DNA from: Patescibacteria group bacterium
GTDB lineage: Bacteria > Patescibacteriota > Gracilibacteria > UBA1369
DNA: 64,000 nt
Direction of reading: 5' to 3'
Assembly (NCBI GenBank): GCA_963169655.1
Contig: CAUJCM010000003.1
Coordinates: forward strand, 31,741 to 95,740
Of the stretch, positions 37,939 to 47,473 are shown in pieces (positions within the stretch are counted from its first letter, which is position 1; every line of letters begins with the position of its first letter). The notes beneath the pieces are model-generated. The model saw only the letters and a list, made by a program, of their open reading frames with translations, did no database searches and was not told the DNA's origin. Position numbers and translations under genes: made by a program.

Positions 37939-38282
37939 TCATTTTTTAATTTTTCTTTGCTTTTCCTTTGCCTTCTTTTCTTTTGTTTTTTTATTTTTAA
38001 TAATTTTAAATTATGAGTAGAACTTTTTCCCAATTTTAAATCTTCAATTTTATCAATAATTAATCTATAAGCTGACAAACGATTACCCCAAAGTTCGCGA
38101 AATTTTTGTACTTTAACCGAAATCCCAGTTGGCAAATGTTTTAAATTAACAGCATTAACACTTTTATTAATTTTCTGACCACCCTTACCACCACCTTTAC
38201 TAAAATTTTCTTCAAATTGATCAAAAGACAGGCCAAGTTTTATCATTTTCGCTTCCAACTTCTTATCTTTAAAATCCATCAT
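37935..38282 (-). CDS. GGQ-domain peptidyl-tRNA hydrolase (ArfB/YaeJ-like ribosome rescue factor)
   Basis: GGGKGGQKINKSVNAVNLKHLPTGISV contains the class I release-factor GGQ motif. Basic C-terminal tail KIKKQKKRRQRKSKEKLK. 115 aa. Confidence 0.7.
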   Translation of the reverse strand: MMDFKDKKLEAKMIKLGLSFDQFEENFSKGGGKGGQKINKSVNAVNLKHLPTGISVKVQKFRELWGNRLSAYRLIIDKIEDLKLGKSSTHNLKLLKIKKQKKRRQRKSKEKLKND

Positions 38283-38518
38283 ACTTAAAAATTGGTGGAC
38301 CCCAGAAGCGGTAAGCTCCTGAACGCAAAGCGCCTAGTATAAATACTAAAGGCCCATAAACAAAAACAATCTTACCAAAAAAAATTTAATTTTCAATATA
38401 GTTATAAAAATTTTTATAATCACTTAAGATTCAATTTTTTGATATTCTCTTTGAAGGCTATCTGATATCTCACCCTCATCATATTTAGTAAGATAAAAAA
38501 TAATTTTGAAGAGAAATA

Positions 38519-38845
38519 TTACTTATTTCTAATCTCCAAAACTGATGACATTCTAAATAAACGAAGATCTAAATGAAAAATAATAATAGATAAATCATCT
38601 TCTTTATATACAGAATCATTATACAAATGTTTCATTTTTAAAACCACCTCATCATAAGCTTGTATTATAGACTTTCCATCAGTCATTTCCTCAATCAATT
38701 CACAAAATTGATAGAAAGAGTCCATTACATTTTCAAAAATAGCTTTATCTTTAAGGTGAAAAAATTCCTTCCTTTCTCTTTCTTTCAACATCATCTCATT
38801 TTCAAACAATTGATCTGTTTCTCTTTCTTTATTTTCCATAATCAA
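38519..38845 (-). CDS. hypothetical acidic helical protein (short paralog of 38866-39576)
   Basis: Shares LYNDSVYKEDDLSIIIFHLDLRLFRMSSVLE with LYKLSEYKEDDLNILNKRLFIRAYSIDKFLKE in the neighbouring gene. Confidence 0.5.
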   Translation of the reverse strand: MIMENKERETDQLFENEMMLKERERKEFFHLKDKAIFENVMDSFYQFCELIEEMTDGKSIIQAYDEVVLKMKHLYNDSVYKEDDLSIIIFHLDLRLFRMSSVLEIRNK

Positions 38846-38865
38846 AAATATAAAATATTAATAAT

Positions 38866-39576
38866 TTAACTAATATCATCAATAATCTTCTCTCCGTTAT
38901 TTAAATTTAAAATTTCAATAGCCTCATTGAATCTAAGATTCATCAACGAATCTAAAGTTTCATAGTAATCATTAAACCCATCATTATCAACATCTTCAGC
39001 CAACAAATTAAGTCTATCTAAAGCCAAATAATAAGCTGATGTCAAACTAAGCAAATCTTGTATCTCTCTCATAGCTAATTTATATTCTAAATAAATAGAC
39101 CTAGCTTCACTTAATTTTGAGTCTAATTTTTCAATTCTATTAAAAAAATCGATTTCTTCTTCAATCAAAATAGAATTATTATCATTAATAAAAACCTCTT
39201 TAACTTTAAAACTTTCTTTTAAAAACTTATCTATACTATAAGCACGAATAAATAATCTTTTATTTAGTATATTTAAATCATCTTCTTTATATTCAGATAA
39301 CTTATATAACTCTTCTAACTTAACAGAAATTTCTATTAAAATAGACATAATTTTATCCCTATCAGACTCTTTCTCCGCAATATCACATCCATTAAAATAT
39401 AATTGTAAAGCCTCTTTAGACCTATCATTATCTTTCAACATTGCAAATTCAACAGACTCTCTTTGTTTCAAGATTAAAACATTTAAATATTCTTTAGATT
39501 CATCATTGTTTTCAAGAATTTCTTCTCCCAAGAACCCCATCACTGAAAGTAAATCTACATTTTCCTTCTTCTCCAT
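38866..39576 (-). CDS. hypothetical acidic helical protein
   Basis: 236-aa ORF with no signal peptide or TM. Appears to carry two copies of the module found in the 38519 product. Confidence 0.5.
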   Translation of the reverse strand: MEKKENVDLLSVMGFLGEEILENNDESKEYLNVLILKQRESVEFAMLKDNDRSKEALQLYFNGCDIAEKESDRDKIMSILIEISVKLEELYKLSEYKEDDLNILNKRLFIRAYSIDKFLKESFKVKEVFINDNNSILIEEEIDFFNRIEKLDSKLSEARSIYLEYKLAMREIQDLLSLTSAYYLALDRLNLLAEDVDNDGFNDYYETLDSLMNLRFNEAIEILNLNNGEKIIDDIS

Positions 39577-39686
39577 AATTGTACAATAATTTATAATAGC
39601 AATTATAATAAAACAATTTTCTTAAAAATCAAGGATTAAAATAAAAATAAATATGATAAATTTCTTAAAATCTTATTTAAGTACAC

Positions 39687-40478
39687 ATGAAAAATTTTCA
39701 TAAAAATCAATTATCAATATTATTAATATCTTCTCTTTTAGTAATATCAGGATGCGATCTATTTAATATTAACAACAAGACTTCGAATACTTTATCTGAA
39801 GTAAAAACCGATCAAACAAATCAAATCGATATTCCTGAAAATGAATTAAGTACAAAGAAAACTCAAGAAGAAATTAATGAAGAAACAGAAAATATCTTAA
39901 TAAATGTAGTTTATCCAATTACAGATAATGAAAAAGTAAACAAAACCGTTAAAGACTTTATAGATCAGCAAATTAAAGAATTCAAACAAGATGCTCCCGC
40001 AATAGATGAAAATTCAATTAATATGCAAAATACCTTATATATAAACTACTCAAATACAAGTTTATACAATAAAGGAGAAGTTCAAAGTTTTAAATTTGAT
40101 ATATCAACCTATACAGGAGGAGCACATCCAAATACTTTCTCTCATACTTTCACTTTTGAAATGAATTCAGGTGATTTAATTAATCTATCTGATATCTTCA
40201 ATAAAAATGAAAACTACTTAGAAACATTATCCAAAATTACTTCCGACAACTTAAAATCACAATTAATAAAAGGCGACTCACCAGATTTTATTGCTGAAAC
40301 AATTGAATCAGGGACAGAACCAACTGAAGAAAATTATAAAAATTGGGTATTTGATAATAACTATTTGACTATTCACTTTGACCCTTACCAAGTAGCTTCT
40401 TATGCTGAAGGGCCACAAATGGTAAATATTCCATTATCAGATTTATCTGATATCTTAAACTCTAAATATATAAAATAG
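39687..40478 (+). CDS. DUF4163/DUF3298 domain lipoprotein (RsiV/PdaC-type fold)
   Basis: Lipobox VISGCD. STYTGGAHPNTF and HFDPYQVASYAEGPQMVNIP are characteristic of DUF3298. Confidence 0.75.
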   Translation: MKNFHKNQLSILLISSLLVISGCDLFNINNKTSNTLSEVKTDQTNQIDIPENELSTKKTQEEINEETENILINVVYPITDNEKVNKTVKDFIDQQIKEFKQDAPAIDENSINMQNTLYINYSNTSLYNKGEVQSFKFDISTYTGGAHPNTFSHTFTFEMNSGDLINLSDIFNKNENYLETLSKITSDNLKSQLIKGDSPDFIAETIESGTEPTEENYKNWVFDNNYLTIHFDPYQVASYAEGPQMVNIPLSDLSDILNSKYIK

Positions 40479-40524
40479 AGTTTAAAATCAGCATATATTT
40501 TTTAAACAAATTAAAAAATACTTT

Positions 40525-40937
40525 TGGTGGAGATGCTGGGAGTCGAACCCAGGTCCACAAAAGTCTACTACAAACATCTACAATCATAGCCATATTTATT
40601 TAAGTAAAAAGAATAAAAATATGACAAAAAACTCTTTTTACTTGGTTTTGTTATAAAAGATTCAAGCCTCAAAACGCCAAACTTTCTTGATCAGTCCCGC
40701 TAATGTCATCAGGTCTAATTTAGCGGAGTCAATTAGCTGATGACCTCAGAGTTAATAGTCCGAGGAATTTTAGGCCGCTCTAAGCAAAAGCAAGAGCTGG
40801 AGCTTGTTCAGCTTCAATAGCCTTAGCAAGTCTTTCAACTGCAATTATATTTGCACTGACGGATCTAACGGGAGACAGTGCAATCCCGTGATTGCCATTT
40901 GTAAAAGATCTTTTATGTCGAATGCCGTAACATCCCC
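40525..40937 (-). ncRNA. ssrA: tmRNA (SsrA)
   Basis: The reverse complement starts GGGGAUGUUACGGCAUUCGAC and ends CUGGGUUCGACUCCCAGCAUCUCCACCA. The acceptor stem is GGGGAUG/CAUCUCC with a G3:U pair (Ala identity), and there is a T-arm. Internal tag ORF: GCA AAU AUA AUU GCA GUU ... GCU CCA GCU CUU GCU UUU GCU UAG. Confidence 0.95.
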
Positions 40938-40989
40938 AATAACAATATTATTACAATAAACCTTAAAAAAATCAAGCTCACACAACCCT

Positions 40990-41550
40990 TTACTGACTTA
41001 CTCTCTCAACATATTCACCTGTATCTGTATTTACTCTAATCAAATCCCCTTCTTTAATAAAAAGTGGAACATTAACCTTTGCCCCTGTTTCAATCACTAC
41101 TTGCTTTGTTCCACCAGTAGCTGTATCTCCTTTATTTCCAGCTGGAGCTTCAATAACTTTAAAATTAAGTTTAGGAGGAAGTTGAATTGAAAATGGTTCA
41201 TCATCAATAAACATAGCAATCACTTCACTTCCTTCCAAAATATAATCTTTCATATCACCAATATTTTCCAAAGGAATTGTAAATTGTTCATAACTTACTT
41301 CATCCATAAAAGTCATATCAGTTCCATCATTATATAAATATTGAGAATTTCTATATTGTACACTTGCTTCTTCAATTGATTCATTACTCCTAAAACTCAC
41401 TTCAAAAATTTTTCCGGATTTCGCATTTTTAAGTTTTGTTCTTGTAAAAGCAGATCCTTTTCCAGGACTTACAAATTGATAACTCAAAATAATACAAGTT
41501 TCTCCATTATATTTAATAGCTAAACCCTTTTTAAAATCAGCAGTAATCAT
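40990..41550 (-). CDS. efp: elongation factor P
   Basis: 186 aa. DFKKGLAIKYNGE, modification loop VSPGKGSAFTRTKLKN, C-terminal OB domains. Confidence 0.95.
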   Translation of the reverse strand: MITADFKKGLAIKYNGETCIILSYQFVSPGKGSAFTRTKLKNAKSGKIFEVSFRSNESIEEASVQYRNSQYLYNDGTDMTFMDEVSYEQFTIPLENIGDMKDYILEGSEVIAMFIDDEPFSIQLPPKLNFKVIEAPAGNKGDTATGGTKQVVIETGAKVNVPLFIKEGDLIRVNTDTGEYVERVSQ

Positions 41551-41618
41551 ATATTTATCAGTTAATTTGCGGTTATTTTAGTGATGAATAATTAATTCGT
41601 CAAACATTTCCATATTTT

Positions 41619-42989
41619 TTATAAATCTTTATAAGGAAAAAATAAAATATCTCTAATATCACTAATGCCAGTCATCAACATAATTATCCTATCCACACCT
41701 AAAGCATTTCCACCAGAAGGTGGCATTCCCATTTTTAAAGCCTCAATAAAAGTCTTATCAACATCATATAGATCTTTATTCAAATTTTTTCTTTCCTCCC
41801 TTTCTATATTAAGTCTTTTCTCTTGTTCCACAGGATCATTTAATTCGGTAAAAGCATTACAAATTTCCATTCCAGCAATATAAGCTTCAAACCTTTCAGC
41901 AAAATTAGGATTATCTTTGCAAGGCTTTGATAATGAAGCCATCGAAATTGGATAATCATAAATAATTGTTGGTACACCAACCCCCAACTTTCCTTCAATT
42001 TCATTCATAAAAACCATAAAAAACAAATCATCAAAACTACAATTTTCATCAACATTATATCCTTTATTTTTAACCACCTCCCTAAATCTATCTATATTAT
42101 TAAATGTCGCTTCATCAATATTTGCATATTTATTAAAAGCATCAACAACTTTTGTTTTCTCCCATGGGCTAGTCATATCTATTTTCATTTCGTTCCAATA
42201 CAAAAATTTATTTTCCTCCCCATTAAGTTCCTTCCATAAATATTTAATTAAATTTTCAATATCACTCATCATTTCAAAATAAGAAGCAAAAGCTCTATAC
42301 CATTCTAAAATCGTAAACTCAGGGTTATGTCTATCACTAAAAGTTTCTTTATTTCTAAAAGACTTAGTAATTTGAAAAATCTTTTCAAAACCTCCTACTA
42401 ATAATTTTTTCATTGCGTACTCAGGAGAAGTTATCAAATACATATCCTCAGAAACTTTCATATCAGCAGCAAAATTTGCCTCAAACTTTGTTTTAAAAAC
42501 ATCTAAATATGGCTCCATCCCAGGCAGTTTCACCAATGAAGGAGTATCAGTTTCAATAAAACCTTCTTCCTTAAAGAATTTTCTTATAATCTCTATAATT
42601 TTAGTTCTTTTAATTAAATTATCTTTTAAATTCTGATCTATTATTATTTTTTGATAATTAGCAGACTCTTTAAGTGAAATATAAAAATCTTCACAATCAA
42701 CTAAAACTTTTCTGGAGGTTTCATTAAATCCTCCAACAATTTTTCCTATTTTTACTTCTAAAATAACACCCACTTTTGGTAAATCTTCACTTTCAATCAA
42801 AACTCTTCCACTATCATCTTGCAAAAAATATCCTTTTTTATCCTCAATACTTTTTCCATTCACAAAGCCTTCTCCATCAATAATTCCAATAACTCTGCCA
42901 CAAATCACAATTTTTTGCTCACTTTCAAAGTTCTGAAATAAAATTTCAGATATAAAATGAGTCCTATTTATTCTATCTGGAAAACTCAT
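41619..42989 (-). CDS. epmA: EF-P lysine ligase EpmA (GenX/PoxA)-like class II aaRS paralog with an N-terminal OB-like extension
   Basis: LITSPEYAMKKLLVGGFEKIFQITKSFRNKETFSDRHNPEFTILEWY matches EpmA (TSPE.AMK.LL, IFQI.KSFRN, TxLEWY) better than LysRS (RIAPELYLKRL). Motif 3 GGNALGVDRIIML. Adjacent to efp. Confidence 0.7.
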   Translation of the reverse strand: MSFPDRINRTHFISEILFQNFESEQKIVICGRVIGIIDGEGFVNGKSIEDKKGYFLQDDSGRVLIESEDLPKVGVILEVKIGKIVGGFNETSRKVLVDCEDFYISLKESANYQKIIIDQNLKDNLIKRTKIIEIIRKFFKEEGFIETDTPSLVKLPGMEPYLDVFKTKFEANFAADMKVSEDMYLITSPEYAMKKLLVGGFEKIFQITKSFRNKETFSDRHNPEFTILEWYRAFASYFEMMSDIENLIKYLWKELNGEENKFLYWNEMKIDMTSPWEKTKVVDAFNKYANIDEATFNNIDRFREVVKNKGYNVDENCSFDDLFFMVFMNEIEGKLGVGVPTIIYDYPISMASLSKPCKDNPNFAERFEAYIAGMEICNAFTELNDPVEQEKRLNIEREERKNLNKDLYDVDKTFIEALKMGMPPSGGNALGVDRIIMLMTGISDIRDILFFPYKDL

Positions 42990-43080
42990 AAAGTTTTGAA
43001 ATAAAATCTTAAAGTTTTGAACTTTTTCAAAACACTTTTAAACAAAAATCACTACTTTTAAACAAACTTTTACACGAGTT

Positions 43081-46000
43081 TTACTTCAACTGACTCTTTT
43101 CCGCAAGTTTTTTTAAACAATTATTTAACTCATCTACCCACTGAAAACCAAGATCTTCAAGTTTAATCTTTAATTTATTTCCTGAAATCATCCATTTATT
43201 ATTGTAATCAAGCAAAATCATAATATTTTCTGGTTTTACCAAATTACTCATATGCAAAATAATTTCCTTTTCCTTCATTAAATATATTGTTTCAGCTTTC
43301 ACACTAACAATACCTGCAAGTTTAGCATTAATTCTTAATTCAATAATCTTAAACAAATTAATAACTTCAAGAGGCAAGGTTCCATAATCGTCAATTAATT
43401 CATCTTTCATTCCGTATAATTCATCAATACTGTCAGAAGCTGATAATTTTTGATAAATATTAATCTTATCTTTTGTATTTGTAATATAAGAATCTGGAAT
43501 AAATGCTGAAATTGGTACTTCTACTGCAATATCTTCTGGTTCTTCTTCTCTTAATACTCTTCCAGCTTTCAAGTCTTCAACAGCTTTATTTAACATTCTA
43601 ATAAAATGGCTTACTCCAACCACATTAATTACACCATGTTGTTTTGCCCCCAAAATATCTCCAGCTCCTCTAATTTCTAAATCTTTCATGGCAATTTGAA
43701 ATCCTGATCCTAATTCAGAAGCTTCAACAATTGCCTTAAGTCTTTTCTTTGCATCCAATTTAAGCCTTTGTCCATGATACATAAAATACGCGTAAGCCTG
43801 TCTTTTACTTCGCCCAACTCTTCCTCGAAGTTGATATAATTGAGCAAGTCCAAACTTTTCTGCATTATTTACGATCAATGTATTAGCATTTGAAAGATCA
43901 ATTCCATTTTCAATAATTGTAGAGGAAACTAAAACATCAAATTGATGATCTTTAAAAGCCACTATTCTATCTTCCAAATCACCAGACCCAAGTTGTCCAT
44001 GAGCAACTCCAAACCTTGCCTCTGGAACTAAAGACCTTAATTTATCAGTTAAACTATCAATTGTCTGAACCCTATTATGTAAAAAATAAACCTGCCCTCC
44101 TCTAGCTAATTCACTTAAAATTGCTTCTCTAACTAAGCCTAAAGAAAATCTTCTAACTTCAGTAATAACAGGAAGTCTTCCAGGAGGAGGAGTTGTAATT
44201 GTAGAAATATCCCTTAACTTATTTAAAGCTATATTTAAAGTCCTTGGGATTGGGGTCGCTGTCATAGTCAAAAAATCCACATCAGATTTAAATTTTTTAA
44301 AAACTTCTTTCTGCTTTACTCCAAATCTTTGTTCTTCATCAACTATAACTAATCCCAAATCTTTAAAACCAATATCTTTTTGTAAAAGTCTATGTGTACC
44401 AATTATAATATCAATTTCACCTTTTGCTAACTTCTCCACAATTTTCTTTTGCTCAGTAGCAGTTCTAAAACGAGAAAGCATTTCAACTCTTACATTAAAT
44501 TGGTCCATTCTCTTTTTAAAAGACCTATAATGCTGATCAGTTAAAATTGTAATTGGAGAAACAACAGCTGTTTGTTTTTTATTTAAAAACGCCACAAAAG
44601 CAGCTCTCATTGCTACTTCAGTTTTTCCAAAACCTACATCACCACAAATAAGTCTATCCATTGGAATATCTCTTTCCATATCATCCAAAACATCCTTATA
44701 AGCATGTAACTGACCTGGAGTTTCTTCGTACTCAAAACTATCTTCAAATTTCTTTAAAATCTTTTCATCAATCTTATATTTTACTCCTTTAGCACTTTTT
44801 CTCTCTGCATAAATTACCAATAATTCTTTAGCTATTTCTTCAGTTTCTTTTTTAACTTTTTTAGTAATAGAATGCCATTCAGCAGAACCAAGTCTTGTTA
44901 ATTTTGGAGGGTTTTCATCAGCTCCAATAAATTTATTAACTTTATCAGCTTGATCAATAGGTACAAATAATTGATCATTTTCAGCATAACCAATTTTCAA
45001 ATATTCCTTAGTTAATTCATCTATTTTTCTTTGTTCTAAACCTAAAAACAATCCTATTCCATGATCAACATGCACAACATAATCACCAGACTTTAAACTA
45101 GCTAAAAAGTCCATAAATACTTTTTGACTAGAGATTTTCTTTCTCTCTTCTTGAAGAGAAGAAATATCTCTATCAGAAATAATCATTAACTTTAATTCAG
45201 GATTTTGGAATGCTTGAGGAAGATAATCATCCTTATCTCCTTCCAATAAAAATACTCGAAAATGACCATAACCCAACTGGCTTAAATCAGTATTAAAACT
45301 AATATTATTATCATTTAAAATTTCTTTTAACTCATCTAACTTTTTAGTAAATACAACAATATTCCATGAGTCTTTAATTTTTTCTTTTAAATCATTAACC
45401 AAATCATAAGAACCACGATATTTCAAAACTGACAAATAATGTAAATGTAAATGATTCTTTTCATCTTCATTAAAAGAGACAAAACTAATTACTTGGTTTC
45501 GATTATAAACATCATTAAAACTCGCATTCCAATCTTCAAAAAACTCATCATAAATCTCTAAATCATCTTCAATTATTAAATTATCTTTTCTAAAAGCATC
45601 AATTAAAAGTTTATCAGATTCTTCAAATACAATAGGCCAAATTTCACACTCTTTTAACTCTTCAACAGAATCTTTATCAAGGCTATTTTGATCATAAATT
45701 TCAATACTCTCAATTTTATCAAAAGCAATATTAATCCTTACAGGATTATGGTAATTCACAGGATAAATAGTAAGCACATCACCAGATCTAAAATATGATC
45801 CTTTCTCTAAAAAGGCATCTTCAGAAAGCTCATATCCCATAGCAATCAAACTTTCATAAAAATTCATCAAATTTAACTCAGTATTCTTTTTTAAAATTAA
45901 TTTTGCTTGTTCTAGCCAACTAATATCTGGAATCCTTTTTAAAAGCTCAAAATAAGGTATAACCAAAAACCTTTTATCATCTGTTTTAATTAAAGATAAA

Positions 46001-46323
46001 AGTTCCATCAATTTTATTCTTTTGATTCTATTCAATTTACTAACAGATTGAGATTCGATCTTTGAATCAAAACTATAAACATCTAAACCATTCCATAATT
46101 CAAATTCTTTTAAAATAGGTTCAACATCATTTTTACTATTTACAATCCAAATCCCACCATTATTTTTCTTTTCACTTCTTAAAGAATCAACAACAGTAAA
46201 TACTTTAGAAGAATGATTTGAAAAACCTGAAACACTAAAAGTTTTTTTATCACTTACCAAATCAAAAAAACGTGCATTTTGCACGGTTGGCAAAAACCTT
46301 ATCAAGTTATTTAACTTATTCAT
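43081..46323 (-). CDS. mfd: transcription-repair coupling factor Mfd
   Basis: 1080 aa. RNAP-interaction region DHGIGLFLG, Walker A GDVGFGKTEVAMRAAF, DEEQRFGV, helicase C motifs QLRGRVGRS. Confidence 0.95.
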   Translation of the reverse strand: MNKLNNLIRFLPTVQNARFFDLVSDKKTFSVSGFSNHSSKVFTVVDSLRSEKKNNGGIWIVNSKNDVEPILKEFELWNGLDVYSFDSKIESQSVSKLNRIKRIKLMELLSLIKTDDKRFLVIPYFELLKRIPDISWLEQAKLILKKNTELNLMNFYESLIAMGYELSEDAFLEKGSYFRSGDVLTIYPVNYHNPVRINIAFDKIESIEIYDQNSLDKDSVEELKECEIWPIVFEESDKLLIDAFRKDNLIIEDDLEIYDEFFEDWNASFNDVYNRNQVISFVSFNEDEKNHLHLHYLSVLKYRGSYDLVNDLKEKIKDSWNIVVFTKKLDELKEILNDNNISFNTDLSQLGYGHFRVFLLEGDKDDYLPQAFQNPELKLMIISDRDISSLQEERKKISSQKVFMDFLASLKSGDYVVHVDHGIGLFLGLEQRKIDELTKEYLKIGYAENDQLFVPIDQADKVNKFIGADENPPKLTRLGSAEWHSITKKVKKETEEIAKELLVIYAERKSAKGVKYKIDEKILKKFEDSFEYEETPGQLHAYKDVLDDMERDIPMDRLICGDVGFGKTEVAMRAAFVAFLNKKQTAVVSPITILTDQHYRSFKKRMDQFNVRVEMLSRFRTATEQKKIVEKLAKGEIDIIIGTHRLLQKDIGFKDLGLVIVDEEQRFGVKQKEVFKKFKSDVDFLTMTATPIPRTLNIALNKLRDISTITTPPPGRLPVITEVRRFSLGLVREAILSELARGGQVYFLHNRVQTIDSLTDKLRSLVPEARFGVAHGQLGSGDLEDRIVAFKDHQFDVLVSSTIIENGIDLSNANTLIVNNAEKFGLAQLYQLRGRVGRSKRQAYAYFMYHGQRLKLDAKKRLKAIVEASELGSGFQIAMKDLEIRGAGDILGAKQHGVINVVGVSHFIRMLNKAVEDLKAGRVLREEEPEDIAVEVPISAFIPDSYITNTKDKINIYQKLSASDSIDELYGMKDELIDDYGTLPLEVINLFKIIELRINAKLAGIVSVKAETIYLMKEKEIILHMSNLVKPENIMILLDYNNKWMISGNKLKIKLEDLGFQWVDELNNCLKKLAEKSQLK

Positions 46324-46360
46324 TTAAATTCCGTATACCAAATTTTCTTACCTCTAAATA

Positions 46361-47473
46361 TTACACCTTAAGAGGCATTATTATGTACATATAAGTCTTT
46401 TCAGACTCTTTCGCAATCTTTATTACAGCAGGAGCTAGCTTGTCGTCAAGCTCAATTATAATTTCATCAGTTTGAATAAAATTTAAAACTTCTAATAAAT
46501 ACTGAGAATTTAAAGCAATTTTATTATTTTCTCCTTCGACAATTCCTTCTATTTCTGCTTTTTCTTCACCAATCTTTGTTTCATCTGTAGAAATAGTTAA
46601 TTTGCCATCATTAGTAACACTACACTTAATATTGTTATTATTTTCTCTAGCAAATAAAGCTACTCTCCTCACAACTAAAGACAAATCATCAGTTTTAACA
46701 GTTATCTTTGTTTTTCCTTCTTTTGGAATAATTCTTTCATAATCAGGAAACTTTCCTTCAATAAGTCTTGAAATCATTCTAGTATCACCAATTACAAATA
46801 AAATCTGATTTTTAGAAATTGTTATTTCAATCTCTTCAGCTTCTGATTTAGAAACAATTTTTCCAAGTTCTACAATTGTTTTAGCTGGAACTATTGCTTG
46901 TAAATCAAAATCTACAGCTTCAGCTAAATTAATTTTCTTTTCTGCCAATCTATAACTATCAGTTGCTACTAATTTCAAAAAATCCTTTTTTAAATCAAAT
47001 AAAATACCAGAAAGAACAGGTCTTGCAGTATTAGTAGCTGCTGCAAATACTGTTTGAGAAATAGCTAAATCTAAATTTTTCTTTGAAACTTTAAAGACTT
47101 GATCCCTGTTTACAGTAGGGATTAAAGGAAATTCTTCAGCAGAAATACCTTTAATTTTAGTTTGTGAACTAGGTGATTTTATTTGTAAAGTATTTGTATC
47201 ATCAACAAACAATTCAACATTTTCATCTTTTAAAAGAGAAACATAACTCATTAAAAGTTTAGCTGGTACTGTAATTGAGCCTTCTGCTTTAATTTCAGCT
47301 GAACAAAAACATTGAATAGCAATTTCTAAATTAGTTCCAGAAAAATGCAATTTATTACTTTCAGCTTTCAATAGAACATTATTTAAAACAGGTAATGTAG
47401 TATTTTGATTTATAGCTTTTCCTACAACATTCAAAGATTCATTTAAATCATTCTGAGAACAAACAACCTTCAT
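46361..47473 (-). CDS. dnaN: DNA polymerase III beta sliding clamp
   Basis: 370 aa. N-terminus MKVVCSQNDLNESLNVVGKAINQNTTLPVLNNVLLKA, and three-domain length typical of DnaN. Confidence 0.9.
   Translation of the reverse strand: MKVVCSQNDLNESLNVVGKAINQNTTLPVLNNVLLKAESNKLHFSGTNLEIAIQCFCSAEIKAEGSITVPAKLLMSYVSLLKDENVELFVDDTNTLQIKSPSSQTKIKGISAEEFPLIPTVNRDQVFKVSKKNLDLAISQTVFAAATNTARPVLSGILFDLKKDFLKLVATDSYRLAEKKINLAEAVDFDLQAIVPAKTIVELGKIVSKSEAEEIEITISKNQILFVIGDTRMISRLIEGKFPDYERIIPKEGKTKITVKTDDLSLVVRRVALFARENNNNIKCSVTNDGKLTISTDETKIGEEKAEIEGIVEGENNKIALNSQYLLEVLNFIQTDEIIIELDDKLAPAVIKIAKESEKTYMYIIMPLKV

Noticed and set aside
38283-38350. The GC-rich segment beginning TGGTGGACCCC as a tRNA 3' end, or as SRP (4.5S) RNA.
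   Set aside because: There is no T-arm (GTTCGAATC-like) or cloverleaf, and no GNAR tetraloop or AGCA/GGAA helix-8 motifs on either strand. It is kept only as an unexplained structured island.
42990-43080. The AT-only hairpin GTTTTGAA-cttt-TTCAAAAC and the direct repeat AAAGTTTTGAA between mfd and epmA, as a terminator or regulatory site.
   Set aside because: The stem is short and entirely A/T/G:U-weak, so I cannot distinguish it from chance in AT-rich DNA.
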